Of a stretch of 64,000 nt of DNA, positions 22,949-36,153 are shown piece after piece. The notes beneath the pieces were generated by a model. The model saw only the letters and a program-made list of their open reading frames with translations, searched no databases and was not told where the DNA came from. The stretch lies in the NCBI RefSeq assembly GCF_055900595.2, contig NZ_CM148325.1, one strand, 5' to 3'. The translations under genes and the position numbers were made by a program. Each line of letters begins with the position of its first letter. The first letter of the stretch is position 1.

Positions 22949-24535
22949 TTATTGCCCGCGCGTTAACCCCCGCGCGGGTAATTGCTCCATCCATTGCATA
23001 AACACCTGCGGCGGCATCGCCTTCGCAAAGAACCATCCCTGGCAATAACGCACGCCGCGTTTACGCAACCAGTTAACCTGATCCTCAGTTTCTACCCCTT
23101 CTGCAATCGTTTTCAGCCCCAGGCTGTGCGCCAGCTCGATGATGTGTTCCGCAATCAAATGGCTGGTTTTGTGGGTAGTCAGCGTCTCAACAAACGATTT
23201 GTCGATTTTCAAAATATCAACATTCAATGATTTAAGGTTATGCAAGTTAGAGTAGCCAATACCAAAATCATCAATTGCCACTTCGTAACCGGCCTGGCGG
23301 AAAGCCAGAATAATCGGCGTCATTTTGTCGACATCAAGAAATGCATGTTCAGTCACTTCAAATTTAATTTGCTGTGGACGCACCGCGTATTGCTCTGTTT
23401 TCTGATTGGTTCGCGCTATCAACCGTGACGTATGAAAATCGGAGGCCGACAGATTAATAGAAACATAGCGATCGGCATGTGTTGCCAGGTACGCGCCCAG
23501 ATCGCGGAAGACATTATCAATAACATAATCAGTTACCTGTCCGATCATCCCCTCCTTTTCTGCCAGCGGAATAAACTCTGCCGGATTCATTACTTGCCCC
23601 TGCTCACCAGGCCAACGTAACAATGCTTCAGCGCCGATACATTTTTCTGTTTTGATATCGATTATGGGCTGGTAATAAAGGCAAAGTTGATGTTTTTCGA
23701 GGGCGCGTTGCAATTTGCGTTTGGGAGACAAATAGTTTTGTCGAATACGTAGCCAGAGTAATAACAGAACAAGACTCCCCAAAATGCCGGCGGGTAACGC
23801 AAAAATAAGATGATTATAAAAATGCGCTATAAGACGTTGATATGAAGTCGCAACAATGGCTGCAATTGGGCGTTTTGTCGAATAAACTGTCGCATATAAA
23901 TAGCCATTTCTTTGTACGGTTAAATCATTCAAATGAATCAGCGGAGAAAACGTTGCTGCCGAGGCCTCGTTGCTTAACGAGAAAAAGGTTTTCGTTACCG
24001 TATCATACACACCCCATTGCAATGTCGGATCATCAGACATCACTTCACTCCAGAATAGAGGGTTGATGACCGCCACATAATTTCCCCGCTGCATATAGGT
24101 CATTTTATAGCCAGAGAAAAAAGGCGTATCGCGGTAATAATAGATAGAAACGTTAGGTTCACGCTTATAATCGGCTGGTGCAATCGTATAACCGTTTACA
24201 GGCGCTATCAGCGATGAGCATAAAAAATGGTTATCACGGGCATAGATCAATTCATTAATATAAAGATAGCCACGAATAATATTCAACATTCGCTTTTGAT
24301 GGGCCGGAGTGCAAACTTGCCCCTGATAGCGTTCTGCTGCATCGCTCACTAAATCTGCCTGGCGAATGACCAGCTCGGATTTATCCAGCGCCAGCTGAGC
24401 AAAAGTTTGGAGCTGACTATTCACTTCTGATTTTGCCCAAAGGAAGGCAATCCATAGCGACAGAATGATGGGAAAGAGAACTAAAAAGATAATGCCCGGC
24501 AACGCCAGTAATTGGTGTCGTGCATGATGACTCAT
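22949..24535 (-). CDS. pdeC: Membrane-anchored c-di-GMP phosphodiesterase (CSS-motif sensor + EAL domain), about 528 aa
   Basis: ORF 22949-24544 trimmed to ATG 24535; two transmembrane segments flanking a periplasmic domain and a C-terminal EAL domain. Confidence 0.85.
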
Positions 24536-24963
24536 TGCTATCAATTTCCTGCCTGTTTATACCCGGTCATTGCAAGGCGAGAACCCTGGTTATCGACGTC
24601 TTTAGATAAATCTTACGGTATAAATAGCACTTTTGCCTGATTTGAAATTGATACCTTTTTAATCGTCACCTGAATAAAAATAATTCATTGATATTCAAAA
24701 TTAATTTCCTACAGGAATGCAGAGGCGGCGGGAAGATATGCCCTTAATGCCGCTGAAAAAACACATAATCTGTACGGCAATAAAAGTCACGGCCTAATCT
24801 GGCTAACAAACAATCAATTGTGATATAGTTCACAAAATTAATGAAACAAACAGAGTGTTTCTTTTTGTGTTCTGCAAGCCCCGCGATAGCCAGATTGTAT
24901 CACGCCTCCCGTGAACAACGCCGCGCTGTCCAGGGTATCGGCTCTTTTCAGAGGAATTGTTTG

Positions 24964-25245
24964 ATGGCTACCCTCACCACTGGCGTGGTTCTTCTTCGCT
25001 GGCAACTTCTTAGTGCCGTAATGATGTTTCTGGCCAGCACGCTCAACATCCGTTTTCGTCGGTCTGATTATGTCGGGCTTGCAGTGATCAGCAGCGGTCT
25101 GGGCGTGGTTTCCGCCTGTTGGTTCGCAATGGGGTTGCTTGGCATCACAATGGCGGACATCACCGCCATCTGGCACAACATCGAGTCGGTGATGATAGAA
25201 GAGATGAATCAGACACCGCCACAATGGCCAATGATTTTGACTTGA
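24964..25245 (+). CDS. yjcB: Small inner-membrane protein (93 aa)
   Basis: ORF 24841-25245 trimmed to ATG 24964 (MATLTTGVVLL...); two hydrophobic helices; followed by a clear terminator. Confidence 0.65.
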   Translation: MATLTTGVVLLRWQLLSAVMMFLASTLNIRFRRSDYVGLAVISSGLGVVSACWFAMGLLGITMADITAIWHNIESVMIEEMNQTPPQWPMILT

Positions 25246-25251
25246 TATGTA

Positions 25252-25281
25252 GAAGCCTCCATAACGGAGGCTTCTTTTTTT
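25252..25281 (+). terminator. Intrinsic terminator after yjcB (gaagcctcc-ataac-ggaggcttc + T7)
   Basis: 9-bp GC-rich stem followed by ttttttt. Confidence 0.65.
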
Positions 25282-25344
25282 ATGGCTGGCAGATGCTTTA
25301 ATCATCCACCTTAAAACAATATAACCTATTGTTTTAATGACAAA

Positions 25345-25881
25345 TCAGAACGGAATATCGTCATCAAAGTCCATCGGCGGCTCATTAGACGGTGCTGCCG
25401 GAGCAGACTGCTGCGGGCGAGACTGCGCGCCGCCGCTGAACTGATTGCCGCCCTGCGGCTGCTGAGGCTGACCCCAACCGCCCTGCGGCTGACCACCACC
25501 GATATTGCTACCTGCAGGAGCGCCACCACCCTGACGACCACCCAGCATCTGCATGGTGCCGCCAACGTTCACCACGACTTCTGTGGTGTAGCGATCCTGA
25601 CCGGATTGATCGGTCCATTTGCGGGTACGTAGCTGACCTTCGATATAAACCTGAGAACCTTTACGCAGATATTCGCTGGCCACTTCTGCCAGTTTGCCGA
25701 ACAGCACAACGCGGTGCCATTCAGTCTGCTCTTTCATCTCGCCGGTCGCTTTATCACGCCAGGATTCGGAAGTAGCCAGCGTAATGTTGGCAACTGCGCC
25801 ACCATTTGGCATGTAGCGTACTTCCGGGTCCTGACCCAGATTACCAACGAGAATAACCTTGTTTACGCCTCTGCTGGCCAT
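25345..25881 (-). CDS. ssb: Single-stranded DNA-binding protein (178 aa)
   Basis: ATG at 25881; OB-fold N-terminus, Gly/Gln/Pro-rich linker, C-terminal DDDIPF tail. Confidence 0.97.
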   Translation of the reverse strand: MASRGVNKVILVGNLGQDPEVRYMPNGGAVANITLATSESWRDKATGEMKEQTEWHRVVLFGKLAEVASEYLRKGSQVYIEGQLRTRKWTDQSGQDRYTTEVVVNVGGTMQMLGGRQGGGAPAGSNIGGGQPQGGWGQPQQPQGGNQFSGGAQSRPQQSAPAAPSNEPPMDFDDDIPF

Positions 25882-26044
25882 GTTCGTGTCTCCTGAAAAA
25901 AAATCGTTCTGAATAAGTGTAAACGCGCGATTGTACCATTACCAATAGCGCTTTTACTATGTTGTGACCTCGGTTCCGGGAAACAAACCTGGCCAGACAT
26001 TGTTACACAACACTCCGGGTAATGCATTCCAATACTGTATATTC

Positions 26045-26060
26045 ATTCAGGTCAATTTGT
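26045..26060. promoter_or_regulatory. LexA (SOS) box CTGTATATTCATTCAG in the ssb/uvrA divergent promoter region (coordinates approximate)
   Basis: Matches the CTGT-N8-ACAG LexA consensus; lies upstream of uvrA. Confidence 0.7.
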
Positions 26061-26135
26061 GTCATAATTAACCGTTTGTGATCGCCGGTAGCACCATGCC
26101 ACCGGGCAAAAAAGCGTTTAATCCGGGAAAGGTGA

Positions 26136-28958
26136 ATGGATAAGATCGAAGTTCGGGGCGCCCGCACCCATAATCTCAAAAACATCAACCTCGTTATCCC
26201 CCGCGACAAGCTCATTGTCGTGACCGGGCTTTCGGGTTCTGGCAAATCCTCGCTCGCTTTCGACACCTTATATGCCGAAGGGCAGCGCCGTTACGTTGAA
26301 TCCCTTTCCGCCTACGCGCGGCAGTTTCTGTCACTGATGGAAAAGCCGGACGTCGATCATATTGAGGGGCTTTCTCCTGCCATCTCGATTGAGCAGAAAT
26401 CGACGTCTCATAACCCGCGTTCTACGGTGGGGACAATCACCGAAATCCACGACTATTTGCGTTTGTTGTTCGCCCGCGTCGGTGAGCCGCGCTGCCCGGA
26501 CCACGATGTACCGCTGGCGGCGCAAACCGTCAGCCAGATGGTGGATAACGTGCTGTCGCAGCCGGAAGGTAAACGCCTGATGCTGCTCGCGCCAATCATT
26601 AAAGAGCGCAAAGGCGAACACACCAAAACGCTGGAAAATCTGGCAAGCCAGGGTTACATCCGTGCTCGTATTGATGGCGAAGTCTGCGATCTTTCCGATC
26701 CGCCGAAACTGGAACTGCAAAAGAAACATACCATTGAAGTGGTGGTTGATCGCTTCAAGGTGCGTGACGATCTCACCCAACGTCTGGCAGAGTCGTTTGA
26801 AACCGCGCTGGAGCTTTCCGGTGGTACCGCGGTAGTTGCCGATATGGACGATCCAAAAGCGGAAGAGCTGCTATTTTCCGCCAACTTCGCCTGCCCAATT
26901 TGCGGCTACAGTATGCGTGAACTGGAACCACGCCTGTTTTCGTTTAACAACCCGGCGGGTGCCTGCCCGACCTGTGACGGCCTTGGCGTACAGCAATATT
27001 TCGATCCTGACCGCGTGATCCAGAATCCGGAACTGTCGCTGGCAGGTGGTGCGATCCGAGGCTGGGATCGCCGCAACTTCTATTACTTCCAGATGCTGAA
27101 ATCGCTGGCAGATCACTATAAGTTCGACGTCGAAGCGCCGTGGGGCAGCCTGAGCGCGAATGTGCATAAAGTGGTGTTGTACGGTTCTGGCAAAGAAAAC
27201 ATTGAATTCAAATACATGAACGATCGTGGCGATACCTCCATTCGTCGTCATCCGTTCGAAGGCGTGCTGCACAATATGGAGCGCCGTTATAAAGAGACGG
27301 AATCCAGTGCGGTACGCGAAGAATTAGCCAAGTTTATCAGCAATCGCCCGTGCGCCAGCTGCGAAGGAACGCGTCTGCGTCGGGAAGCGCGCCATGTGTA
27401 TGTCGAGAATACGCCGCTGCCTGCTATCTCCGACATGAGCATCGGTCATGCGATGGAATTCTTCAACAATCTCAAACTCGCAGGTCAACGAGCGAAGATT
27501 GCGGAAAAAATTCTTAAGGAGATTGGCGATCGCCTGAAATTCCTCGTTAACGTCGGCCTGAATTACCTGACACTTTCCCGCTCGGCAGAAACGCTTTCTG
27601 GCGGTGAAGCCCAGCGTATCCGTCTGGCGAGCCAGATTGGTGCGGGCCTGGTTGGCGTTATGTACGTGCTCGATGAGCCGTCTATCGGCCTGCACCAGCG
27701 CGATAACGAGCGCCTGCTGGGTACGCTTATCCATCTGCGCGATCTCGGTAATACCGTGATTGTGGTGGAGCACGACGAAGACGCGATTCGCGCCGCTGAC
27801 CATGTGATCGACATTGGCCCGGGCGCAGGTGTACACGGCGGTGAAGTAGTCGCGGAAGGTCCCCTGGAAGCGATTATGGCCGTGCCAGAGTCGTTAACCG
27901 GACAATACATGAGCGGCAAACGCAAAATTGAAGTGCCGAAGAAACGCGTTCCGGCGAATCCGGAAAAAGTGCTGAAGCTGACAGGCGCACGTGGTAATAA
28001 CCTGAAAGACGTGACGCTGACGCTGCCAGTCGGTCTGTTTACCTGCATCACAGGGGTTTCAGGTTCCGGTAAATCGACGCTGATTAACGACACACTGTTC
28101 CCAATTGCCCAACGCCAGTTGAATGGTGCGACCATCGCCGAACCGGCACCTTATCGCGATATTCAGGGGCTGGAGCATTTCGATAAAGTGATCGATATCG
28201 ACCAAAGCCCAATTGGTCGTACTCCGCGTTCTAACCCGGCGACCTATACCGGCGTGTTTACGCCTGTGCGCGAACTGTTTGCGGGCGTACCGGAATCCCG
28301 TGCGCGCGGTTATACGCCAGGACGTTTCAGCTTTAACGTCCGTGGCGGACGCTGCGAAGCCTGTCAGGGCGACGGCGTGATCAAAGTGGAGATGCACTTC
28401 CTGCCGGACATTTACGTACCGTGCGACCAGTGCAAAGGCAAACGCTATAACCGTGAAACGCTGGAGATTAAGTACAAAGGCAAAACCATCCACGAAGTGC
28501 TGGATATGACCATCGAAGAGGCGCGTGAGTTCTTTGATGCGGTGCCAGCTCTGGCGCGTAAGCTGCAAACGTTGATGGACGTTGGTCTGACGTACATTCG
28601 CCTGGGGCAGTCCGCAACCACACTTTCTGGTGGTGAAGCCCAGCGCGTGAAGCTGGCGCGTGAGCTGTCAAAACGCGGCACCGGGCAGACGCTGTATATT
28701 CTCGACGAGCCGACCACCGGTCTGCACTTTGCCGATATTCAGCAACTGCTCGACGTACTGCATAAACTACGCGATCAGGGCAATACCATCGTGGTGATTG
28801 AGCACAATCTCGACGTGATCAAAACCGCTGACTGGATTGTCGACCTGGGACCGGAAGGCGGCAGTGGTGGCGGCGAAATCCTCGTCTCCGGTACGCCAGA
28901 AACCGTCGCGGAGTGCGAAGCATCACACACGGCGCGCTTCCTTAAGCCGATGCTGTAA
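26136..28958 (+). CDS. uvrA: Excinuclease ABC subunit A (940 aa)
   Basis: ATG at 26136; tandem ABC ATPase domains with Walker A motifs ([18 protein letters not shown]) and zinc-finger Cys clusters. Confidence 0.98.
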   Translation: MDKIEVRGARTHNLKNINLVIPRDKLIVVTGLSGSGKSSLAFDTLYAEGQRRYVESLSAYARQFLSLMEKPDVDHIEGLSPAISIEQKSTSHNPRSTVGTITEIHDYLRLLFARVGEPRCPDHDVPLAAQTVSQMVDNVLSQPEGKRLMLLAPIIKERKGEHTKTLENLASQGYIRARIDGEVCDLSDPPKLELQKKHTIEVVVDRFKVRDDLTQRLAESFETALELSGGTAVVADMDDPKAEELLFSANFACPICGYSMRELEPRLFSFNNPAGACPTCDGLGVQQYFDPDRVIQNPELSLAGGAIRGWDRRNFYYFQMLKSLADHYKFDVEAPWGSLSANVHKVVLYGSGKENIEFKYMNDRGDTSIRRHPFEGVLHNMERRYKETESSAVREELAKFISNRPCASCEGTRLRREARHVYVENTPLPAISDMSIGHAMEFFNNLKLAGQRAKIAEKILKEIGDRLKFLVNVGLNYLTLSRSAETLSGGEAQRIRLASQIGAGLVGVMYVLDEPSIGLHQRDNERLLGTLIHLRDLGNTVIVVEHDEDAIRAADHVIDIGPGAGVHGGEVVAEGPLEAIMAVPESLTGQYMSGKRKIEVPKKRVPANPEKVLKLTGARGNNLKDVTLTLPVGLFTCITGVSGSGKSTLINDTLFPIAQRQLNGATIAEPAPYRDIQGLEHFDKVIDIDQSPIGRTPRSNPATYTGVFTPVRELFAGVPESRARGYTPGRFSFNVRGGRCEACQGDGVIKVEMHFLPDIYVPCDQCKGKRYNRETLEIKYKGKTIHEVLDMTIEEAREFFDAVPALARKLQTLMDVGLTYIRLGQSATTLSGGEAQRVKLARELSKRGTGQTLYILDEPTTGLHFADIQQLLDVLHKLRDQGNTIVVIEHNLDVIKTADWIVDLGPEGGSGGGEILVSGTPETVAECEASHTARFLKPML

Positions 28959-28962
28959 TCGC

Positions 28963-28992
28963 AAAGGCCGCTTTCTGAGCGGCCTTTTTCTT
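28963..28992. terminator. Bidirectional terminator between convergent uvrA and yjbR (aaaggccgc-tttctga-gcggccttt)
   Basis: 9-bp stem flanked by A/T runs immediately after the uvrA stop and before the yjbR stop. Confidence 0.55.
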
Positions 28993-29349
28993 TCAGAGTT
29001 GCACCAGCAATTTACGTTTTTCTTCCGGCAGCAAATTCACCGCCTGCTGATAAGACGCATCCACCAGATAATAGATTTGCGAATCCGGTAGCGATCCGTC
29101 GAGATACACGGTGCTCCAGTGCGCTTTATTCAGATGGCGGCTTGGACGCACATCGCTGTGCTGCTGACGTAGCAGCTCCGCCAGCTCCGGGCTGGTTTTC
29201 AGCGAAACAGCTGGGCGATTTTCTACTTCTTTCACCATCGCAAACAGTACATCTTCCACTTTTATCTGCGTCGCTTTCCAGTCGTTATGCACGCTCTGTT
29301 CTGCGCCTGGTTTTGCCATGCAATATTGTAGCAACTCCGAAATGGTCAT
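28993..29349 (-). CDS. yjbR: Conserved protein of unknown function (118 aa)
   Basis: ATG at 29349; full ORF with a 3-nt gap to yjbQ upstream, suggesting co-transcription. Confidence 0.8.
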   Translation of the reverse strand: MTISELLQYCMAKPGAEQSVHNDWKATQIKVEDVLFAMVKEVENRPAVSLKTSPELAELLRQQHSDVRPSRHLNKAHWSTVYLDGSLPDSQIYYLVDASYQQAVNLLPEEKRKLLVQL

Positions 29350-29352
29350 TTT

Positions 29353-29769
29353 TTACTCCCCTTGTAGTGTCGCGATGATGCGACGCGATCCGCCGTGGAT
29401 GCGATGTTCCCCCAGCCAGATGCCTTGCCAGGTGCCGGTCTGAATACGCCCTTTATGCACCGGCAATACAAGCGATGTTCCCAGCATTGAGGATTTGATA
29501 TGAGAAGGCATATCGTCAGCCCCCTCATAGTCATGCTCATAATTTCCGTTATCGGGAACGGTGCGGAGGAAAAAACGCTCCATGTCGTGGCGTACGGTGG
29601 GATCGCAGTTCTCATTAAGTGTCAGAGAGGCGGAGGTATGTTGCAGCAACAGATGCAGTAAACCGATGTTAACGCGCGGCATATCAGCCAGCTGATTCAA
29701 AATTTCATCCGTTACCAGATGAAACCCACGAGATTTGGCGCTAAGCGTGAGCGTCTTTTGATACCACAT
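29353..29769 (-). CDS. yjbQ: Conserved protein of unknown function, YjbQ family (138 aa)
   Basis: ATG at 29769; compact ORF immediately upstream of yjbR. Confidence 0.8.
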
Positions 29770-29879
29770 GTGCTGCTCCTTGATAAAACTCTCTTAATCA
29801 GTTTGCAGCAAGACAGCGAAAGGATAAAGGTGTGATTAAAAAAACAGCATTCGGGAGAGCATCACGCTCTCCCGCTCTG

Positions 29880-30734
<855 letters not shown>

Positions 30735-30929
30735 TCAGACTATGTTAGTTGTATTTAATAACTTAATGGCTCTCTATCGTGTAAAAATATTCGGATATAA
30801 AAACTTCTATTTTCTCAGTAGGAAATATCGCTTATCAGAACCCATTCCTTTGTACGATTAGCCGAAAAAATACGTATACCCACTTATTGATGATTGAGCA
30901 GGCGGCTGTTCATCCGCCTGCCAACGACA

Positions 30930-32123
30930 TTACATCACCGCAGCAAACGCCTTTGCCACACGTTGTACATTTGCCGTATTTAACCCGGCGACACACATGC
31001 GACCGCTGGCGATGAGATAGACACCAAATTCTTCACGTAGTCGGTCAACCTGAGCGGCACTTAAACCGGTATAACTGAACATACCGCGCTGATTAAGCAG
31101 ATAATCGAAATTGCGTTCTGGCATTTCTGTGCTCAATACCTTCACCAGTTCCTGACGCATCGCCAGAATGCGAGTACGCATCTCTTCTACTTCCGCCAGC
31201 CAGCTGGCTTTCAATGCCTCGTCATTCAGCACCGCAGCCACCACCTGCGCACCAAAATTCGGCGGGCTGGAGTAGTTGCGGCGAACTGTTGCTTTCAATT
31301 GCCCCAGTACGCGGCCTGCGGCTTCGGCATCTTCACACAGCACAGAAAGTCCGCCGACGCGCTCGCCGTAAAGGGAGAAAATTTTCGAGAACGAATTGCT
31401 CACCAGAGCGGGTAATCCAGCGCTGGCAATGGCGCGAATGGCGTAGGCATCCTCTTCCATACCGGCACCAAATCCTTGATAGGCAATATCAAGAAATGGG
31501 ATAAGCTCGCGGGCTTTGAGAATTTGAATCACCGCATCCCACTGGTCATTAGTGAGATCGGCACCCGTTGGGTTGTGGCAACATGGGTGCAGCAACACAA
31601 TACTGCGGGCAGGTAATGTTTTTAGCGTCGCCAACAGGTCATTAAAGCGCACGCCGTTAGTCGCTTCGTCATACCAGGGGTAAGTACTCACTTCGAATCC
31701 AGCCCCGGCGAATATTGCTACGTGGTTTTCCCAGGTAGGATCGCTGACCCAGACGCCTGATTCCGGGAAGTAGCGTTTCAGGAAATCTGCGCCCACTTTC
31801 AATGCCCCTGAGCCGCCAAGGGTTTGAATGGTTGCTACGCGCTGTTGTTGCAGTACCGGATGGTCCGCACCAAACAGCAGTGGCGCAATGGCATGGCGAT
31901 AGCTATTAAGCCCTTCCATCGGTAAATAAAGCGAAGCGCCATGAGGCTGCGCATTCAGGCGCGCTTCCGCATCCGCCACGGCTTTCAGTTGGGGAATAAT
32001 TCCGTCTTCGTTGTAGTACAGACCGATACTTAAATTCACTTTGTCGCTGCGAGGGTCTTCTTTGAAACGCTCCATAAGCGTAAGAATCGGGTCGCCAGCG
32101 TAGGCGTCAACTTTTTGAAACAC
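30930..32123 (-). CDS. tyrB: Aromatic-amino-acid aminotransferase (397 aa), GTG start
   Basis: ORF 30930-32165 trimmed to GTG at 32123 ([14 protein letters not shown]...); class I aminotransferase with PLP-lysine motif ([16 protein letters not shown]). Confidence 0.9.
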   Translation of the reverse strand: MFQKVDAYAGDPILTLMERFKEDPRSDKVNLSIGLYYNEDGIIPQLKAVADAEARLNAQPHGASLYLPMEGLNSYRHAIAPLLFGADHPVLQQQRVATIQTLGGSGALKVGADFLKRYFPESGVWVSDPTWENHVAIFAGAGFEVSTYPWYDEATNGVRFNDLLATLKTLPARSIVLLHPCCHNPTGADLTNDQWDAVIQILKARELIPFLDIAYQGFGAGMEEDAYAIRAIASAGLPALVSNSFSKIFSLYGERVGGLSVLCEDAEAAGRVLGQLKATVRRNYSSPPNFGAQVVAAVLNDEALKASWLAEVEEMRTRILAMRQELVKVLSTEMPERNFDYLLNQRGMFSYTGLSAAQVDRLREEFGVYLIASGRMCVAGLNTANVQRVAKAFAAVM

Positions 32124-32374
32124 GCGATGGTTCTCCAGGTTTACGGGCAGGTGGTTAAAACACAATAAACCGGAAGGTGGGGAAGATCGAGAGGATGTTC
32201 AGGGGTGAACGACAATTAGCAACAAAAAGTGACCAATGACAAACGCACATTCGCCAGAGGCACGACCTTTATAACAGCATGAAATAATATCAATTTATTG
32301 AATTAGTAAGATTTTATTAGCCGGATAGGCATTCATACCACATCCGGCACAGATAATCAGATATTACAGAACGA

Positions 32375-33454
32375 TTAATCCACGTATTTCATCGCGACCC
32401 TTGAGGTCAGGCGCGTGATAAGTTCGTAAGCGCTTACTTTCGTCATTTCAGCGATACGCTCTACAGGCAAACCTTCACCCCACAAAATGACCGGATCCCC
32501 GGCTTTATCTTGCGCCTGTGGACCTAAATCTACGCAAATCATATCCATTGCGACGCGGCCAACAATCGGTACTTCGCGACCGTTCACCAGCACCGGCGTA
32601 CCGGACGGCGCGGCGCGCGGATAACCATCGCCATAACCCATAGCGACTACGCCAAGACGGGTATTACGTTCGCTTACCCAGGTTCCACCATAACCGACAG
32701 GCTCTCCGGCTTTATGCTCACGCACAGCAATCAGGCTGGAGGTTAGTGACATCACTGGCTGACAGCCAAAATCGGCACCGGTGGAGCGATCTTCCAGCGG
32801 CGAGACACCGTAAAGAATGATGCCCGGGCGCACCCAGTCAAAATGTGACTGTGGCCACAGCAGAATGCCCCCCGACGCGGCAATGGAACGTTGACCAGGT
32901 TTGCCTTCACAAAAGGTATTAAAGATATCGAGTTGTTTCTCGGTTGCACCGCATTTTGGCTCATCCGCGCGCGCAAAATGGCTGACGATATTCACCGGCT
33001 GACGAACGTTTTTGCACCGCGTCAGACGATGATAAAACGCCTCAGCCTGTTCCGGCCTTACACCCAGACGGTGCATACCAGTATCGAGTTTCATCCAGAC
33101 GGTAACCGGCTCGTCCAGGCTAGCCTCTTCCAGCGCAGCAAGCTGTTCTTCGTTATGCACGGCGGTATGAAAATGCTGCGCAGAAATCGTCGGTAAATCT
33201 CTGGCATCAAAAAAGCCTTCGAGTAACAGTACAGGTTTGGTGATTCCCCCCGCACGCAGTCGCAGAGCTTCTTCGAGACGGGCTACGCCAAAGGCGTCAG
33301 CATCGGGGAGCGTTCGCGCGGTCTCAAGAAGACCGTGACCATAAGCGTTCGCTTTCACCACCGCAACCATTTTACTGGCAGGAGCCAGTTCACGAAGACG
33401 TTGCAGGTTGTGTCGCAGAGCGCGGCGGTTAATCACAACAGTTGCCGCTTGCAT
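32375..33454 (-). CDS. alr: Alanine racemase, biosynthetic (359 aa)
   Basis: ATG at 33454; PLP-lysine motif near the N-terminus ([10 protein letters not shown]). Confidence 0.95.
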   Translation of the reverse strand: MQAATVVINRRALRHNLQRLRELAPASKMVAVVKANAYGHGLLETARTLPDADAFGVARLEEALRLRAGGITKPVLLLEGFFDARDLPTISAQHFHTAVHNEEQLAALEEASLDEPVTVWMKLDTGMHRLGVRPEQAEAFYHRLTRCKNVRQPVNIVSHFARADEPKCGATEKQLDIFNTFCEGKPGQRSIAASGGILLWPQSHFDWVRPGIILYGVSPLEDRSTGADFGCQPVMSLTSSLIAVREHKAGEPVGYGGTWVSERNTRLGVVAMGYGDGYPRAAPSGTPVLVNGREVPIVGRVAMDMICVDLGPQAQDKAGDPVILWGEGLPVERIAEMTKVSAYELITRLTSRVAMKYVD

Positions 33455-33506
33455 TTGTGTTCCTTGATAAGTGTTTGCTTTAATTACCTAATTCATAAAA
33501 TAATTA

Positions 33507-34922
33507 TTATTCGTCGTCGTACTGCGGCCCCGCATAGTTGTCGAAGCGCGACCATTGACCGTTAAAGGTCAGGCGTACCGTCCCGATTGGGCCGTTACGT
33601 TGTTTACCGATAATAATTTCCGCGATGCCTTTTAAATCACTGTTTTCGTGATACACCTCATCACGATAGATAAACATGATCAAGTCCGCATCCTGCTCGA
33701 TAGAACCAGATTCACGCAGGTCGGAGTTGACCGGGCGTTTGTCGGCACGTTGTTCCAGAGAACGGTTCAACTGGGACAGCGCCACCACCGGCACGTTCAG
33801 TTCTTTCGCCAGTGCTTTCAGCGAGCGGGAGATTTCTGCAATTTCCAGCGTACGGTTATCGGAAAGCGCCGGTACGCGCATCAATTGCAGGTAGTCGATC
33901 ATGATAAGCCCGATGCCGCCGTGTTCACGGGCAATACGGCGTGCGCGGGAACGCACTTCCGTTGGTGTCAGGCCGGAGGAATCATCAATATAGATATTGC
34001 GTTTTTCGAGCAAAATACCCATGGTGCCGGAAATACGCGCCCAGTCTTCATCATCCAGCTGCCCGGTACGGATTTTAGTCTGGTCAACGCGCGACAGCGA
34101 CGCCAGAGAACGCATCATAATCTGTTCTGATGGCATCTCAAGAGAGAAGATAAGTACCGGTTTATCTTGCAACATCGCCGCGTTTTCGACGAGGTTCATC
34201 GCAAATGTCGTTTTACCCATCGACGGACGCGCGGCGACGATGATCAAATCCGACGGCTGCAAACCAGCGGTTTTTTTGTTGAGATCGTCATAACCGGTGT
34301 TTACCCCGGTAACGCCATCGTGTGGCTGCTGAAACAGCTGCTCAATACGCGCCACGGTTGCGTCGAGCACATCGGCGATGTTCTTCGGCCCTTCGTCTTT
34401 GTTTGCACGACTTTCGGCAATTTTAAAGACGCGGGATTCAGCCAGGTCCAACAGGTCTTCGCTGGTTCGCCCCTGCGGATCAAAACCGGCTTCGGCAATC
34501 TCATTCGCGACAGAGATCATTTCACGGACAACGGCACGTTCACGCACGATGTCCGCATAGGCACTGATGTTCGCCGCACTTGGCGTATTTTTTGACAACT
34601 CTGCCAGGTAAGCAAAACCACCAACGCTGTCGAGTTGCCCCTGACGTTCCAGCGATTCCGCAAGGGTAATCAGATCGATAGGACTACCGCTTTCCTGCAA
34701 ACGCGCCATTTCGGTAAAGATATGACGGTGTGGGCGGGTGTAAAAATCGTCTGCCACCACACGCTCGGCTACATCGTCCCAGCGTTCGTTATCCAGCATT
34801 AAACCGCCCAACACCGACTGCTCCGCTTCGATCGAGTGCGGAGGCACTTTCAGCCCGGCAACTTGTGGATCGCGTTCGCGGGGTTCAGCCTGCTGTTTGT
34901 TGAAGGGTTTATTTCCTGCCAT
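33507..34922 (-). CDS. dnaB: Replicative DNA helicase DnaB (471 aa)
   Basis: ATG at 34922; Walker A (ARPSMGKTT) and characteristic DnaB C-terminal RecA-like domain. Confidence 0.97.
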   Translation of the reverse strand: MAGNKPFNKQQAEPRERDPQVAGLKVPPHSIEAEQSVLGGLMLDNERWDDVAERVVADDFYTRPHRHIFTEMARLQESGSPIDLITLAESLERQGQLDSVGGFAYLAELSKNTPSAANISAYADIVRERAVVREMISVANEIAEAGFDPQGRTSEDLLDLAESRVFKIAESRANKDEGPKNIADVLDATVARIEQLFQQPHDGVTGVNTGYDDLNKKTAGLQPSDLIIVAARPSMGKTTFAMNLVENAAMLQDKPVLIFSLEMPSEQIMMRSLASLSRVDQTKIRTGQLDDEDWARISGTMGILLEKRNIYIDDSSGLTPTEVRSRARRIAREHGGIGLIMIDYLQLMRVPALSDNRTLEIAEISRSLKALAKELNVPVVALSQLNRSLEQRADKRPVNSDLRESGSIEQDADLIMFIYRDEVYHENSDLKGIAEIIIGKQRNGPIGTVRLTFNGQWSRFDNYAGPQYDDE

Positions 34923-35004
34923 AGTGAATGGAGTTACCGAGATAAAGAATGGGTCGAAACTTTACCATATGAAGCAGACCCTGACGATACGTTCTGGAGG
35001 ACAC

Positions 35005-35988
35005 ATGGCAACACGAATTGAATTTCACAAGCACGGTGGCCCGGAAGTACTTCAAGCCGTAGAGTTCACTCCTGCCGATCCGGCGGAGAATGAAATCCAG
35101 GTCGAAAATAAAGCCATTGGCATCAATTTTATCGACACGTATATCCGCAGCGGCCTTTATCCGCCGCCATCGCTACCCAGCGGATTAGGTACCGAAGCGG
35201 CAGGCATCGTGAGTAAAGTCGGCAGTGGTGTAAAGCATATTAAGGCAGGCGATCGCGTAGTCTATGCACAGTCGGCATTAGGCGCTTACAGCTCTGTGCA
35301 TAACGTCAATGCCGATAAAGCGGCGATTCTGCCCGCGGCAATTTCTTTTGAGCAAGCGGCGGCATCATTCCTGAAAGGCTTAACGGTTTATTATCTGCTG
35401 CGCAAAACCTATGAAATTAAACCCGACGAACAGTTCCTGTTCCACGCTGCTGCTGGCGGCGTTGGCTTGATTGCCTGCCAGTGGGCAAAAGCCCTGGGCG
35501 CGAAGCTCATCGGTACCGTGGGAAGCGCGCAAAAAGCGCAGAGTGCGCTAAAAGCGGGGGCGTGGCAGGTGATTAACTATCGCGAAGAAAACCTGGTCGA
35601 GCGGTTAAAAGAGATCACCGGCGGTAAGAAAGTGCGCGTGGTGTACGATTCCGTGGGCAGAGACACCTGGGAACGGTCGCTGGATTGCCTGCAACGCCGC
35701 GGCTTAATGGTCAGTTTTGGCAACTCATCAGGTGCGGTTACCGGTGTGAACTTAGGCATTCTCAATCAGAAAGGCTCGCTGTATGTGACACGCCCTTCCC
35801 TCCAAGGCTATATCACCACGCGGGAGGAATTAACCGAGGCCAGTAATGAACTGTTCTCTTTGATTGCCAGCGGTGTGATTAAGGTCGATGTCACCGAGCA
35901 GCAGAAATATCCGCTTAAGGATGCACAGCGTGCGCATGCGATTCTGGAAAGCCGGGCGACGCAAGGTTCCAGCCTGTTGATTCCATAA
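35005..35988 (+). CDS. qorA: NADPH:quinone oxidoreductase (zeta-crystallin-like MDR family, 327 aa)
   Basis: ORF 34897-35988 trimmed to ATG 35005 (ggagga RBS; MATRIEFHKHGGPEVL...); Rossmann AAGGVG motif. Confidence 0.9.
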   Translation: MATRIEFHKHGGPEVLQAVEFTPADPAENEIQVENKAIGINFIDTYIRSGLYPPPSLPSGLGTEAAGIVSKVGSGVKHIKAGDRVVYAQSALGAYSSVHNVNADKAAILPAAISFEQAAASFLKGLTVYYLLRKTYEIKPDEQFLFHAAAGGVGLIACQWAKALGAKLIGTVGSAQKAQSALKAGAWQVINYREENLVERLKEITGGKKVRVVYDSVGRDTWERSLDCLQRRGLMVSFGNSSGAVTGVNLGILNQKGSLYVTRPSLQGYITTREELTEASNELFSLIASGVIKVDVTEQQKYPLKDAQRAHAILESRATQGSSLLIP

Positions 35989-35996
35989 AAGAAATA

Positions 35997-36026
35997 GGGC
36001 TTCCACCTGGGAAGCCCTTTCTTTTT
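35997..36026 (+). terminator. Intrinsic terminator after qorA (gggcttcc-acctg-ggaagccc + tttcttttt)
   Basis: 8-bp GC-rich stem followed by a T-rich run directly after the qorA stop. Confidence 0.55.
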
Positions 36027-36153
36027 ATAGTTCGGCTGTATGTAGGGTACAGCACGATGAATCTGTTAGAGGCGCAATAGTGACAGATTTGATTATCAAT
36101 TCCTATTTTGTTCTAAGGATAAAACCTTAGGTTGTGATCGTCCGCACAATCCC

